This document shows positions 1-10,240 of a stretch of 64,000 nt of DNA, one piece after another; the first letter of the stretch is position 1, and the number at the start of each line of letters is the position of its first letter. The stretch covers positions 43,836 through 107,835 of the forward strand of contig JBFLZC010000018.1 of NCBI GenBank assembly GCA_040756375.1, written 5' to 3'. The position numbers and the translations under genes are program-made. Source of the stretch: Thermodesulfobacteriota bacterium (GTDB lineage Bacteria > Desulfobacterota > Desulfomonilia > Desulfomonilales > Desulfomonilaceae). Under the pieces are notes generated by a model. The model was not told the origin of the DNA and ran no database searches. It saw nothing but the letters and a program-made list of their open reading frames with translations.

Positions 1-1659
1 GTCGGTACAATCCTGGACGACGTGGCAAAATGCTCGGTGTGCCAGAGTTCGGGTGAGCTGGTCAAAGACGGCCTGCGCCACTTCCGACAGCACTTTGTCG
101 ATGCAATTGCCTCCGGCTTGCCAGAGCAGAACCTTTCATACATGGCCAAAATCTCGGCCCCCTGTATGACTACCTGCCCCTGTCATATTGAAATACCCAC
201 GTACATCGAGCTCCTTCAAGAGACGCGATACGCCCAGGCCCTTAGCACGATCCGCAGAGAGATGCCTCTTGCGGGAGTTACCGGTCGAGTCTGCCCCGCT
301 CCGTGCGAACGCGCGTGCACCCTCGCGAACATGGGCAAGCCGCCCATTCCGATTAAGGTGCTCAAACGCGTGCCTGCGGACTACGAGATGTTCCACAACC
401 TTCCTGCCCCGTTGGAGAAGCTGCAACTGACCGAGCCTCCGGTGGCCGTGGTGGGAGCCGGCCCCGCAGGCTTGGCTGCCGCGTATTATCTGAACCGACT
501 CGGGCACCCGGTGACGATGTTCGAAGCTCTTCCGGTGCCGGGCGGCATGGTGGGCGTGGGAATACCTCCGTATCGTCAGCCACGGGAAGTGCTCGCGAGA
601 GAGATAAGCGTGATCCGTGACCTTGGAGTGGAACTCCGCGACGGGGTTGTCTTGGGACGGGACATCACCCTCCAGGGCCTGTTCGAGCAAGGGTTCAAGG
701 CGGTATTCCTGGGTATCGGCTCTCACAAGTCCGTTCCGCTGGGGATCAAGGGTGAGAACGAGGTAATCCAGGGGGTCTTCGCGGGCGGGATAGATTTCCT
801 GAGAGCACTGAACTTGGGCCTGAACGTAACAGTGGGCGAAAAGGTGATCATCGTGGGCGGCGGTAATACAGCGATTGACTGTGCGCGCACCTGTTTGCGG
901 CTTGGTTCGGCCGAAGTACACGTGGTCTATCGCCGCACCGAGAAGCAGATGCCCTCGGACCCCAGGGAAGTGGAAGATGCCATGGAAGAAGGAGCGATAT
1001 TCCATTTCCTAACCCAGCCCGTGGAAATCCTCTGGAGCGATGGTCGGATGACGGGCCTGCGGTGCATCAAAATGGAACTGGGCGAGCCCGACGGGTCCGG
1101 CCGAAGGAGGCCGGTGCCCGTTGAAGGTTCGGAATTCGATATGGAAGCCGACACCCTCATCCCGGCCATCGGCCAGAAAGCTGAGTTGAGCTTTCTCTCG
1201 CAGGGGGATGCGATCGAGATAACCCGCCAGGGAACGATCAAAGTGGACAAGTACACGATGATGACCAGTCGGCCGGGAGTCTTCGCGGGCGGAGACGCGG
1301 TGAGCGGCCCTCTGACGGTGGTGCATGGTGTTGCAGGCGGCAAACTTGCTGCCAGAATGATTCATGTTTACCTCGCTACCGGTATGTGCGAGCCCCTCCC
1401 CGATCAACAGATGGACGAAATACTCAAGGCTGTGGAAAAACAGACCGATATCCTGGTAACACCCAGGCCTGAAACCCGCGTGGGTGGGAAAGATATTCAG
1501 AAGAAATTGGACATGCGCGAGCGATTGAGCACGTTTGAAGAGGTTGAATCAGGATTAAGCCAGTACAGTTCTTATATTGAATCGAGCCGATGTCTCCGCT
1601 GCTTCCATCTGGTCCTGGCCGCGATGAAGCAAGAAGAGCGGAGTGCAGTCGGTTCCTAG
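1..1659 (+). CDS. GltD-like NAD(P)H-dependent oxidoreductase beta subunit (FAD/NAD(P)-binding plus Fe-S), SfrB/FdhB-like. 5' end truncated by the window edge: the ORF is open back to nt 1.
   Basis: The translation shows a dinucleotide-binding GxGxxG motif (VAVVGAGPAGLAAAYYL) and a second Rossmann motif (VIIVGGGNTAIDCA). Cys clusters sit at the N-terminus (CPCH.., CPAPCERAC), and the whole resembles the glutamate synthase small subunit. The frame has no stop between nt 1 and 22. It sits immediately upstream of the molybdopterin subunit gene. Confidence 0.75.
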   Translation, partial: VGTILDDVAKCSVCQSSGELVKDGLRHFRQHFVDAIASGLPEQNLSYMAKISAPCMTTCPCHIEIPTYIELLQETRYAQALSTIRREMPLAGVTGRVCPAPCERACTLANMGKPPIPIKVLKRVPADYEMFHNLPAPLEKLQLTEPPVAVVGAGPAGLAAAYYLNRLGHPVTMFEALPVPGGMVGVGIPPYRQPREVLAREISVIRDLGVELRDGVVLGRDITLQGLFEQGFKAVFLGIGSHKSVPLGIKGENEVIQGVFAGGIDFLRALNLGLNVTVGEKVIIVGGGNTAIDCARTCLRLGSAEVHVVYRRTEKQMPSDPREVEDAMEEGAIFHFLTQPVEILWSDGRMTGLRCIKMELGEPDGSGRRRPVPVEGSEFDMEADTLIPAIGQKAELSFLSQGDAIEITRQGTIKVDKYTMMTSRPGVFAGGDAVSGPLTVVHGVAGGKLAARMIHVYLATGMCEPLPDQQMDEILKAVEKQTDILVTPRPETRVGGKDIQKKLDMRERLSTFEEVESGLSQYSSYIESSRCLRCFHLVLAAMKQEERSAVGS

Positions 1660-1872
1660 CGGCGGCACTAGACCAGCACAGCATCTGGTCCGGCGGACCT
1701 GTGGTCTCTACCCCGCGGTCCACCGGTGAGCCGGCCAGAGTCTCTCCGATCGAGGCGACACACGGTCGTCTCCTGGTCCGGAAGCTAGGCATGGCCGGCA
1801 TACGTGTCGGGTAACGTTGTTGTATCAGCAGGATTTTGTGCTCGGACAGATTATTCCCCGGAAGGCGAAAGC

Positions 1873-4503
1873 ATGCCCAATGTAACCATTGATGGCGTAG
1901 AGGTGAACGCCGCGGACGGCGCCACTATCCTGGAAGCCGCATCCAAGGCCGGAATCTGGATACCAACCCTCTGCTATTATCCGAAAATCTCGCCATCGGA
2001 CTCCTGCCGCATGTGCGTGGTGGAAGTAGAGGGCATGGAGAGGCCGGTCACCGCATGTAACACGGTGGCGCTGGACGGGATGCGCGTACTCACCGACACG
2101 CCGCGGGTTCGGACCATGAGGGAAGAAGTCATGAAGCTGATCCTCATGGACCATCCCCTGGAGTGTCCCACCTGTCCGGCTGGAGGCGAGTGTGACATTC
2201 AGAATATTACGTACCGCCTGGGAATTTACGGCACAGACTTTCCGCTGACGCCCCGCAACGAGCCGCCAATCAGAACCTGGCCGCTGATTGAATATAATCC
2301 GAACCTTTGCATCACGTGTCTCCGATGTGTGAAGGTTTGCCACGAGGACATAGGCGCGAGCGCCCTGAGACTCCGAGGCGCGGGGTACGACGCGCGTATC
2401 GACACATGTGACGGCGAGGTGCTGTCGTGTGATTTCTGTGGGGAATGTGTGGAAGCGTGCCCCACAGGAGCCATGTCCAACAAAGTCTTCAAGCGATGGG
2501 CCCGATCGTGGGAATTCACCAAAGTGGCTACCGTCTGCCCGCTCTGCTCGGCAGGCTGCCGCATGGAAGCTAACGTCAAGGACCAGCGCATTTTCAGGAT
2601 CACCACCGACCTGGACACCCACAATCGAGGCACACTCTGCGTGGGCGGCCGCTTCGGATTTGACTTTGTGCAGAGCGAAGAGCGGCTGCTAACCCCGCTG
2701 CTCCGCAAAGACGGCAAGCTGCAACCGGCCACGTGGGATGAAGCGGTTGATTTTGTGGCAGGGAAGTTGCGCTTCATTATCAACGAGTCCGGTCCCGAGA
2801 GTGTGGCAGGTCTGGCGTCCCCACGGCTAACCAATGAAGATTGCTACGCGTTTCAAAAGTTCTTCAGGGGAGTGATTGGGACGCACAACGTGGACAGCGA
2901 AGCCCGGTTCAGCTTCCTCAGGGTTCAACGCGCCCTGGAGCTCACCCTTGGTGTGCGAGGCGCAACTAATACCCTTGAAGAGCTCCTCACCACCGGCGCC
3001 ATCTTCGTGGTGGGCATCGATCCCCTGGAAGAGACCCCTGCGCTTGGATGGAAAATCAAGAGTGCGGCCCGACGGTACGATAGCAAGGTGATCGTCGCTA
3101 ATTCACGGGCTACCAGCCTTGACCCCTTCGCTATGGTAAGGCTCAGGATGCGACCGTACTCTGAGAGTGACTTGATTCTGGGGATCATGAAAGTGATCCT
3201 GGAATTGGATATCTGGGACAAGAAGTTCATCCATGCCAAGACAAGCAACTTCATTCCCATGAAAAACCTGCTTGACAAGATATCTCTTGCAGGCATTTTG
3301 AAGAGGACGGGTGTTTCGCGAGAGAGCCTGGAGCAAGCGGCTCGGCTGTTCGCGGAGGCGTCCGAGGCCGTGATCATATTCGGTGGGGATGTGATCCAGC
3401 AGGAAAACGGCCTCCAATGCGTGATGAATCTTGCCAATCTCGCGCTGCTCACCGGCAATGTCGGGCGACCGAACGCAGGGCTCTATCCGATCTTTGAGAA
3501 GGGAAACATCGTCGGGCTCTGCGATGCGGGCATTATGCCCGAGTACGTGCCGGGGTATCAGTCCCTGGCCGAGGCGAGAGATCTGTTCGAGGGCGTCTGG
3601 CGGCGGGATCTGCCGTACTCGAAAGGTCTGACAGTCACCGAGATGATTCGGGGACTGGAATCGGGCAGTGTCCGGGCGCTGTATGTGGCCGGCGCGGACC
3701 CGTTGACGGACTACCCGTATTCGAGCCGGTTGGCAGCAGCATTCGATAAGGCCGAGCTGCTGGTGGTGCAGGATCTCTTTCTGAGCCCGACCGCGGAGAA
3801 GGCTCACTGCGTCTTCCCCGCCTCATCCTTTGCGGAGAAAGAAGGGACATTCACCAATATCGAGCACCGGATCCAAAAGCTCAACCGGGTATTGCCTCCG
3901 CCTGGAGAAGCCAGGCCCGACTGGGGCGCTCTGGAGGCCGTGGCTACGGCAATGGGTCGGCCGATGGGCTACTTCAGCTCTCGGGACATCTTCAGGGAAA
4001 TGGCCCTGACCATACCGTTCTTGCGGGGTCTCCGATGGCGCGACCTCGACGGCGACGGAATAATTCTCCAGCCGCCGGCCGCGACGTCCGAACGGGCCAG
4101 AGGCGGGAGAGCGTACGCGTTCGCCCCTGTGCGCACATGGGAAAAGCCAACACCGCTCGATGCCGCGGAGTATCCGTTTGAGATGATGGTGGGGCGCTCC
4201 ATGTATCAATTCGGCGCCACGTCCACGAGATCCAAGCACTTGCGTGAACTATGCCCTGAAGGATATGTGGAGATAAACCTAGAGGACGCGCGGCAGCTCC
4301 ATGTGACTGAGGGCGACCGCGTGGAGGTTTCATCACCCGGCGGCTCGTTTGTGGCTCCTGTGCGGATCTCTGACGCTGTGCAGCGCGGGATGGTCTTTGC
4401 GATATCCAATTTCCCGGGGTTGGGTGTCTATAACTTGTACCAGGAGAACACCACAGTGTGCAGGGTGAAGCTCTCTCCTGCCGCCCGGAGTTCCGGGAGC
4501 TGA
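1873..4503 (+). CDS. Molybdopterin oxidoreductase alpha subunit, NuoG/FdhA-like (SfrA-like). It has an N-terminal 2Fe-2S ferredoxin domain, 4Fe-4S clusters and a molybdopterin domain, as in the formate dehydrogenase H family.
   Basis: The N-terminus MPNVTIDGVEV..CRMCVVEV is a plant-type 2Fe-2S domain. CxxCxxC..CP motifs follow. The Mo-bisPGD domain starts at VCPLCSAGC...GTLCVGGRFGFDF and has a C-terminal MopB beta-barrel. An RBS (GGAAGGCGAAAG) precedes the ATG at 1873. The ORF-track start at 1804 is less likely. Confidence 0.8.
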   Translation: MPNVTIDGVEVNAADGATILEAASKAGIWIPTLCYYPKISPSDSCRMCVVEVEGMERPVTACNTVALDGMRVLTDTPRVRTMREEVMKLILMDHPLECPTCPAGGECDIQNITYRLGIYGTDFPLTPRNEPPIRTWPLIEYNPNLCITCLRCVKVCHEDIGASALRLRGAGYDARIDTCDGEVLSCDFCGECVEACPTGAMSNKVFKRWARSWEFTKVATVCPLCSAGCRMEANVKDQRIFRITTDLDTHNRGTLCVGGRFGFDFVQSEERLLTPLLRKDGKLQPATWDEAVDFVAGKLRFIINESGPESVAGLASPRLTNEDCYAFQKFFRGVIGTHNVDSEARFSFLRVQRALELTLGVRGATNTLEELLTTGAIFVVGIDPLEETPALGWKIKSAARRYDSKVIVANSRATSLDPFAMVRLRMRPYSESDLILGIMKVILELDIWDKKFIHAKTSNFIPMKNLLDKISLAGILKRTGVSRESLEQAARLFAEASEAVIIFGGDVIQQENGLQCVMNLANLALLTGNVGRPNAGLYPIFEKGNIVGLCDAGIMPEYVPGYQSLAEARDLFEGVWRRDLPYSKGLTVTEMIRGLESGSVRALYVAGADPLTDYPYSSRLAAAFDKAELLVVQDLFLSPTAEKAHCVFPASSFAEKEGTFTNIEHRIQKLNRVLPPPGEARPDWGALEAVATAMGRPMGYFSSRDIFREMALTIPFLRGLRWRDLDGDGIILQPPAATSERARGGRAYAFAPVRTWEKPTPLDAAEYPFEMMVGRSMYQFGATSTRSKHLRELCPEGYVEINLEDARQLHVTEGDRVEVSSPGGSFVAPVRISDAVQRGMVFAISNFPGLGVYNLYQENTTVCRVKLSPAARSSGS

Positions 4504-4599
4504 TTCTTCAAAAGGCAAACGGGAATCAGCCCTCGTGATCGTTCGGGAGCTGGACCCCAGGTATGCAATTAAGATTGAACCATAGATAAGGAGGTTGGA

Positions 4600-5553
4600 A
4601 TGGCCGCGCCGGAAAAACCCAAGGCCGCGATACTCTTGATTGACGATGAACAGATTGTTCATGACAGCGTCCGGAGAATCCTCGAAAGCGAAGGCTACAA
4701 AGTAGACGGGGCCTTTCGCGTTGCAGAAGCGATTGAGAAGCTGGCAAGTCGGTCCTACGACCTCGTGCTCACCGACCTGATGATGCCCGACCAAAGCGGC
4801 ATGAAGGCCGTGGAAGCCGTAGCGCGGGATCACCCTCACTGCGGAGTGGTCATGTTCACGGGATTTGCAACCGTGGAGTCCGCGGTGGAATCCATGAAGC
4901 TCGGAGCGCTTGATTATTTGCCCAAGCCTTTCACGCCCGAAGAGCTGATCGATGTAACGCAAAAAGCCCTCGCCAAAACATACAAAGCACGGCGTGATCG
5001 AGAGATCGAAGAGACCTATGCCCAGGCGGAGAAGGCCATTGCTTCGAGCCTCGACCTGAAGGAAGTGCTCGGGCTTATATCCCTGAGCGTGGTGCGCCTG
5101 CTCAAGGTGAAGGGGTGCTGCCTCTATACGTACAGCAAGAAACAGGGGCGTTTGGAACTGGCAGCATCGAAAGGGCTCAGTGACGAGTACCTCGCGAAAG
5201 GCACCCTCGACCCCGTGATGAGCCTGCCTGAAGCCATGAAGGCAGAAGGCCCCATTCGCATCGAGGATTCCGAATTTGACACCAAGCTGCAGTACCCGCA
5301 GGAAGCCCGCAAAGAGGGCATCGTGGCCATGATGACCGTTCCACTAAAGGTTCACGATACGGTGGTAGGCCTGCTGCGCATATACATTGCGGAAAAGCGC
5401 TCGTTCAATAAAGACGAAATGGACATCCTCCTCAAGTTTGCGGATCATGGCGCCCAGGCGATCGAGAACGCTATGGCCTATGACAGACTCCGCGGGGACA
5501 TCGAACAACTAAAGAAGGATGTGCCCCAGGCGTTCAAGCAAAACAAAGGATAA
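4600..5553 (+). CDS. Response regulator with receiver (REC) plus GAF domain and no DNA-binding output domain.
   Basis: The REC motifs are ILLIDDE, TDLMMP and KPF. The GAF region is LDLKEVLG...VGLLRIY. A strong RBS (AAGGAGG) lies 6 nt upstream. Confidence 0.8.
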   Translation: MAAPEKPKAAILLIDDEQIVHDSVRRILESEGYKVDGAFRVAEAIEKLASRSYDLVLTDLMMPDQSGMKAVEAVARDHPHCGVVMFTGFATVESAVESMKLGALDYLPKPFTPEELIDVTQKALAKTYKARRDREIEETYAQAEKAIASSLDLKEVLGLISLSVVRLLKVKGCCLYTYSKKQGRLELAASKGLSDEYLAKGTLDPVMSLPEAMKAEGPIRIEDSEFDTKLQYPQEARKEGIVAMMTVPLKVHDTVVGLLRIYIAEKRSFNKDEMDILLKFADHGAQAIENAMAYDRLRGDIEQLKKDVPQAFKQNKG

Positions 5554-5655
5554 GAAGACCGGTCCGATGGTCTCCCCAGGATCGAATCTGCATGTTTGAC
5601 CTGGAGGAGCTTTAAGTGTCACGGGTTCGAATTCGCCGTTCAGGAGAGTGACAAG

Positions 5656-6603
5656 ATGGCAGGAAAAAAGGGAAAGATTCTCGTGCTGGACGATGAGCAG
5701 ATCGTGCTGGACAGTGTTTCCCGTGTTTTGGAGGGTGAGGACTACGAAGTGCGGACCGCGCGCGGCGGGGAACAGGCAATGGAAATCCTCAAAGAAGGGG
5801 GCACGGACGCGCTCATTACCGATTTGAAAATGCCGGGCATGAGCGGATTGGAGGCCATGGAAGCCCTCTCGGAGATCGACCCCGATCTCTCCATGATCAT
5901 GCTTACCGCGTATCCCACCATCGACACTGCGGTGAAAGCCATGAAAATGGGAGCGGTCGATTATCTGCGAAAGCCTTTCACTCCCGATCAGCTCACCGCC
6001 CTCGTCGACAAGGTAATGGATAACCGCAAGAAGCGCTTTGAAAGACGATATCGTGAAGACACATTCGAGGAAATCAAGAGCGCCATCTCTTCCACCCTCA
6101 ACCTGAAGCAAGTGCTAAACCTTATTGTCGAAGGGGTGGTGAAGGTAATGAAGGTCAAAGGAAGCTCGCTGAGCCTCCTGGACAAGAACCGCGAGAAACT
6201 TCGCGTCTTTGCCTACCACGGATTGAGCCAGAATTATGTGGAAAAAGGACCGTTGGACAGCTCCAAGAGTCTAGGAGAAGCCATTCTGAGCGGCAAGTAC
6301 GTGTGGGTCCAGGATGCGGCAACCGACACCCGTGTCCAGTATCCGCGGGAAGCCGCACGGGAGGGGATTGCGTCGATCTTGAGCGTGCCGTTGATCGTGC
6401 GTAATAAGGTCATTGGCGCTCTGCGGGTTTATAGCGCGGAACCGCGGGAGTTTTCCGACGACGAAAGGAAGTTCCTCCAGGGTTTTGCCGAACAGGTAGC
6501 TATGGCCATTGAGAATGCCCGCTCCTACGAAGATGTAAAGGACGAATATGAAGCGCTGCGCGACGACCTATGGGATTATTTCGACAAGGATGGCTATCTT
6601 TGA
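5656..6603 (+). CDS. Response regulator REC plus GAF domain protein, a paralog of the upstream gene.
   Basis: The domain order matches the preceding gene (ILVLDDE, TDLKMP, KPF, then GAF). An RBS (AGGAGAG) precedes the ATG at 5656. The ORF-track start at 5596 is probably too long. Confidence 0.75.
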   Translation: MAGKKGKILVLDDEQIVLDSVSRVLEGEDYEVRTARGGEQAMEILKEGGTDALITDLKMPGMSGLEAMEALSEIDPDLSMIMLTAYPTIDTAVKAMKMGAVDYLRKPFTPDQLTALVDKVMDNRKKRFERRYREDTFEEIKSAISSTLNLKQVLNLIVEGVVKVMKVKGSSLSLLDKNREKLRVFAYHGLSQNYVEKGPLDSSKSLGEAILSGKYVWVQDAATDTRVQYPREAAREGIASILSVPLIVRNKVIGALRVYSAEPREFSDDERKFLQGFAEQVAMAIENARSYEDVKDEYEALRDDLWDYFDKDGYL

Positions 6604-6655
6604 TGCCTGACCGCCAGCTCAGTATTTGCCGGAGGGCCTCAATCGGTAAGAAGAC

Positions 6656-8491
6656 TTGAAGCCCGAGGCGGGCGACAAAATACAGATGAGCGACGGGAGG
6701 TCGGGCCACAAGATTGAGCTCCAAGGGGGTGCGAAGATGTTCCAGGATACATCCCCGATCAGGTCCGAAAAACCGGACATTTTACACAAAACGCTCAACC
6801 GGATCGAAGAGCTGCTCCCCGAACGCCTGCGGCCCAAGCACGGCTTCCTCCTCTCGTTTAAGAACCGCATACTTATCAGCACCTTGATCGTGCTGACCGG
6901 CGGCGTGATCATCATCGCCGGAACGTTGCAGTTCCTTATCTTTCCGCAGCTCGGTGACAGCGAAATTGTTTTCAGCCTCAAGGTGATCCACCTCCTTGCG
7001 AGCCTCGTGGTTATCGCATTGAGCTGGCTCTTCGTGGAGATCATCTCCAAGAAGATCACGTCGCCGCTGCTGGAGCTTACCAAGAGAGCTGAAGAGATTA
7101 GCCGGGAGGCAGGCAAGGACATCTCGGAAGACTGTTACCGCGGTTACGACTATGTGGACCTCTGGGGAGACGACGATCTGGACGGTCGAGGCGACGAGAT
7201 CAGCCAGCTCACCAGCTCCTTTAACCGGATGCTCGTTCATTTGAAAGCTTCAGAGGCGTGCTTGCGTGAATCCGAATCCAAGTATCGATTTCTCTTCCAT
7301 CATATGCCCTCACCGCTGTTCGTCATCGACGCAGAAGAGATGACCATTCTGGACATGAACGCTCGGGCAGAGCAGGAGTATCGCTATTCCCGCATGGAGC
7401 TGATCGGTAAGAACTTCTCCGAGCTCGCGGCCCCGCTGGACCGCCACGATTTCGAGGTCATCCTGAACCTTATTACCCACACGGATACGGATGGGCCGCC
7501 CGTCTTCGAGACCAAAGGGAAGCATGCGCTCCCGCGCAGGTTGACGCTCCGAGCCATTTCCCACGGCGCAGGCAATCGACCGCCAGTCTTCCAGCACCAG
7601 CGCAAGGATGGGTCTTCGTTTCTTGTGAACATCCAGGCGCGGCTGAGCACATTCAGGGACCGGCCCGCGATTATTGCCGCGGTCTGGGACGTGACGGAGA
7701 AGCTCCAGCAGGAAGCCAAGCTCCTTCAGGCAGGCAAAATGGCAACCCTGGGCGAAATGTCCACAGGAGTCGCCCATGAATTGAATCAACCGCTCAACGT
7801 CATCAAGATTGCGGCTGATTTTCTCATGAAAAACATCAGACGGGGCCTGCAATTGACGCCGGACGAGCTCAAACAAACCGCGGAAGAATTGGGAACCAAC
7901 GTGGACCGGGCTGTGCGCATTATCAGTCATCTGCGGGAGTTCGGACGAAAAGTAGACGAGCAGACGCGCCCTATTTCCGTTGAAAAGCCCATCCGCGGTG
8001 TATTCACCCTTCTCGGCAGCCAGTTAAGTAAGCGGGGCATCAGATGCGACGTGCTGCTGGACCCGAAGCTGCCCATGATCATGGGCAATGAAAATCGACT
8101 GGAACAGGTCTTCATCAATCTGATCGTCAATGCTCGAGACGCGATGATGGAGCATGAAAAGAGGGCCCGCGCAGAAGGGAAGACCGTTGAGAAGATTTTG
8201 ACGGTCAAAGGGTATGAAAAGGACGGCCGAGTGGTTGTCGACGTGATCGACACCGGACCAGGGGTGCCGCGAGAGCTCAGGGAGAAGGTTTTCGAGCCCT
8301 TCTTCACAAGCAAAGCAATCGGTGACGGCACGGGAATCGGCTTGTCCATCAGTTATGGCATTATCAAGGAGCATCGAGGTACCATAGATGTGCTGGGAGA
8401 GGAGAATGGAGGGGCCACGTTCAGGTTGGCCTTTCCGGCTCTGAAACCCTCACAGGAGACGCAGAATGACCAAGATACTGGTGATAGATGA
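6656..8491 (+). CDS. Membrane sensor histidine kinase with 2 TM, HAMP, PAS, HisKA and HATPase_c domains.
   Basis: Two hydrophobic segments are present. The H-box is HELNQPLN, the N-box is NLIVNARDAM, and the G-boxes are DTGPGVP and GTGIGL. The start codon is uncertain (6656, 6686 or 6737). Confidence 0.75.
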   Translation: MKPEAGDKIQMSDGRSGHKIELQGGAKMFQDTSPIRSEKPDILHKTLNRIEELLPERLRPKHGFLLSFKNRILISTLIVLTGGVIIIAGTLQFLIFPQLGDSEIVFSLKVIHLLASLVVIALSWLFVEIISKKITSPLLELTKRAEEISREAGKDISEDCYRGYDYVDLWGDDDLDGRGDEISQLTSSFNRMLVHLKASEACLRESESKYRFLFHHMPSPLFVIDAEEMTILDMNARAEQEYRYSRMELIGKNFSELAAPLDRHDFEVILNLITHTDTDGPPVFETKGKHALPRRLTLRAISHGAGNRPPVFQHQRKDGSSFLVNIQARLSTFRDRPAIIAAVWDVTEKLQQEAKLLQAGKMATLGEMSTGVAHELNQPLNVIKIAADFLMKNIRRGLQLTPDELKQTAEELGTNVDRAVRIISHLREFGRKVDEQTRPISVEKPIRGVFTLLGSQLSKRGIRCDVLLDPKLPMIMGNENRLEQVFINLIVNARDAMMEHEKRARAEGKTVEKILTVKGYEKDGRVVVDVIDTGPGVPRELREKVFEPFFTSKAIGDGTGIGLSISYGIIKEHRGTIDVLGEENGGATFRLAFPALKPSQETQNDQDTGDR

Positions 8492-9995
8492 CGAAGAAAG
8501 CATCCGCAACATGATGCGGATGTCACTTGAGCTGGATGGGTACGAGGTCCTGGTGGCCGAAGACGGCCCCGCAGGTCTAAAGGCCTTCGAAACACAATCC
8601 CCGGACATCACTCTGGTGGATGTGCGGATGCCGGAAATGGACGGCCTGGAAGTTCTGGAACGCTTGAGAACCCAGGACCCGGATGCAGAAGTGATTATGA
8701 TTACCGGTCACGGCGACATGGAAATGGCCATAGAGTGTCTCCGGAAGGATGCTTCGGATTTTCTGACCAAGCCTGTGAGTGACGAGCTGCTCTCCTTTGC
8801 CCTAAAACGCTCTGCTGAGAAGTTGGCGCTTAAGCGAAAGATCAAGCAATACACCCGGAACCTAGAAACGCTGGTCCGGGAAGCCAATGTGGAACTGGAA
8901 CGTTCGTATCGACTCCGCGAGAACCTTATCGAGCATTCTCCCGACGCCATTGTCTCGGTGCGAAGAGGGGGTGACATTATCATCTTCAATTCAGCCGCAG
9001 AGAAACTGCTCGGCTATACGAAAGCGGAAGTAATCGGGAAGCTGAACATCAAGCAGGTGTATCCGCCCGGAGAAGCCAAGAAAGTTATGAAGGACATGCG
9101 CTCCAACGAATACGGAGGCCCGGGCATCCTGAAGAAGAGAGAGCTATTAGTTCTGGACAAGCATGGCAGCGAAATCCCGGTCTACATCTCCGCGGCCATT
9201 CTGTACGAAGACGGCCAAGAATGCGGATCCGTGGGAATCTTCACGGATCTACGTGAACGGCTGTCATTGGAAAAGCAGCTCCTGAGGAGTGAGAAGCTAT
9301 CGTCACTTGGCAAGCTGGCAGCAGGCATTGCCCACGAAATTAATCAACCTCTCACCGGAGTCTTGACCTTCGCGTCGCTCCTGCTGAGGAATTTCCCGGA
9401 AAATAGCCAGACCCATGCGGATCTGGGAGTTATTGTTCGCGAGACCACGCGCATTCGCAAGATTGTCCAAGGCATTCTGGAATTCTCTCGCGAGACGCCT
9501 ATGCAGAAAAGCCCCGGCAGAGTCGAAAACGTTCTGGATCAGACACTGGAGATTATCGTTCATCAGCAGCGGTTCTTCGGCATAGAGCTCATGAAGGAAT
9601 ACGGGAAGGACGTGCCTGAAGTGGTGTTTGATCCGGGCCAAATGGAACAGGTCTTTATGAACATCATCCTCAACGGGCTCGATGCCATGAACGGTCATGG
9701 CACGCTCAGGGTGCAGACTCGCAAGAAAGGCGACTGGGTTGAAGTCGATTTCCAGGATACCGGCAAAGGAATGCCCGAGAACATCCTGGACAAGATCTTT
9801 GACCCGTTCTTTACCACCAAGGACTCCACCGAAGGGACCGGCATGGGCCTAGGACTCGCGGTCAGCTATGGAATTGTGCAGAATCACAGCGGCGAGATTG
9901 AAGTGAAGAGCAAACTCGGAGAAGGGACTACCTTTACCGTGAGGCTGCCGCTGGTCCAGGCGGCAAAGGCAACAGCGAAACCTGAGCGTCAGTGA
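8466..9995 (+). CDS. Hybrid sensor: N-terminal receiver, then PAS, HisKA and HATPase_c (a response regulator/histidine kinase fusion).
   Basis: REC motifs are ILVIDDE and DVRMPEMDG. The PAS region is followed by the H-box HEINQPLT. The HATPase motifs are DTGKGMP and GTGMGL. The ORF overlaps the upstream kinase gene by 26 nt. Confidence 0.8.
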   Translation: MTKILVIDDEESIRNMMRMSLELDGYEVLVAEDGPAGLKAFETQSPDITLVDVRMPEMDGLEVLERLRTQDPDAEVIMITGHGDMEMAIECLRKDASDFLTKPVSDELLSFALKRSAEKLALKRKIKQYTRNLETLVREANVELERSYRLRENLIEHSPDAIVSVRRGGDIIIFNSAAEKLLGYTKAEVIGKLNIKQVYPPGEAKKVMKDMRSNEYGGPGILKKRELLVLDKHGSEIPVYISAAILYEDGQECGSVGIFTDLRERLSLEKQLLRSEKLSSLGKLAAGIAHEINQPLTGVLTFASLLLRNFPENSQTHADLGVIVRETTRIRKIVQGILEFSRETPMQKSPGRVENVLDQTLEIIVHQQRFFGIELMKEYGKDVPEVVFDPGQMEQVFMNIILNGLDAMNGHGTLRVQTRKKGDWVEVDFQDTGKGMPENILDKIFDPFFTTKDSTEGTGMGLGLAVSYGIVQNHSGEIEVKSKLGEGTTFTVRLPLVQAAKATAKPERQ

Positions 9996-10131
9996 ATGGC
10001 GTTGACACCCCATTCCCGTTCCGATACAGTTGATACCAGTGCGCTTTCAAAGAAGTAAAGCATGGGGGAAACTTCTTCACAAAAAGGTTTTCCCCGTCGT
10101 ACTTTCTTGAACGCGCATCGGTATGAAACGT

Positions 10132-10208
10132 GCGCCCGTAGCTCAGTAGGATAGAGCGCAACACTCCGGATGTTGAGGTCGGACGTTCGAGTCGTCTCGG
10201 GCGCACCA
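10132..10208 (+). tRNA. tRNA-Arg (anticodon CCG), with the CCA end encoded.
   Basis: Hand-folded cloverleaf. The acceptor stem is GCGCCCG/CGGGCGC. The D-arm is GCTC-AGTAGGATA-GAGC. The anticodon stem-loop is CAACA-CTCCGGA-TGTTG, giving anticodon CCG. The T-arm is GGACG-TTCGAGT-CGTCT and the 3' end is ACCA. Confidence 0.85.
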
Positions 10209-10240
10209 GCACACCTGCCAATCCGCCAGAATTTCCTCCA

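Noticed and set aside
136-1005. Long antisense ORFs inside confirmed genes. Examples are 136..1005-, 1825..2622-, 13464..13952+, 19225..20076-, 24716..25675-, 25834..27411- (525 aa), 39810..40613-, 57174..58277+ and 59422..60405+.
   Set aside because: They lie opposite strongly supported, domain-bearing genes. Their translations are low-complexity Arg/Pro/Gly-rich, as is typical of antisense frames in roughly 60% GC DNA.
1873-4503. Selenocysteine (in-frame TGA plus SECIS) in the FdhA-like gene.
   Set aside because: The ORF is uninterrupted. The position aligned to FdhF U140 is a Ser codon, so there is no recoding.
4504-4599. Possible sigma54 -24/-12 element (CTGGACCCCAGGTATGCAAT) upstream of the first REC-GAF gene.
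   Set aside because: GG-to-GC spacing is off by one from the TGGCAC-N5-TTGCW consensus, and there is no supporting enhancer site. Not reported as a feature.
10004-10131. Candidate tRNA promoter TTGACA-17-TACAGT upstream of tRNA-Arg.
   Set aside because: The -10 hexamer is poor and only a single match was found, so it is too weak to list.
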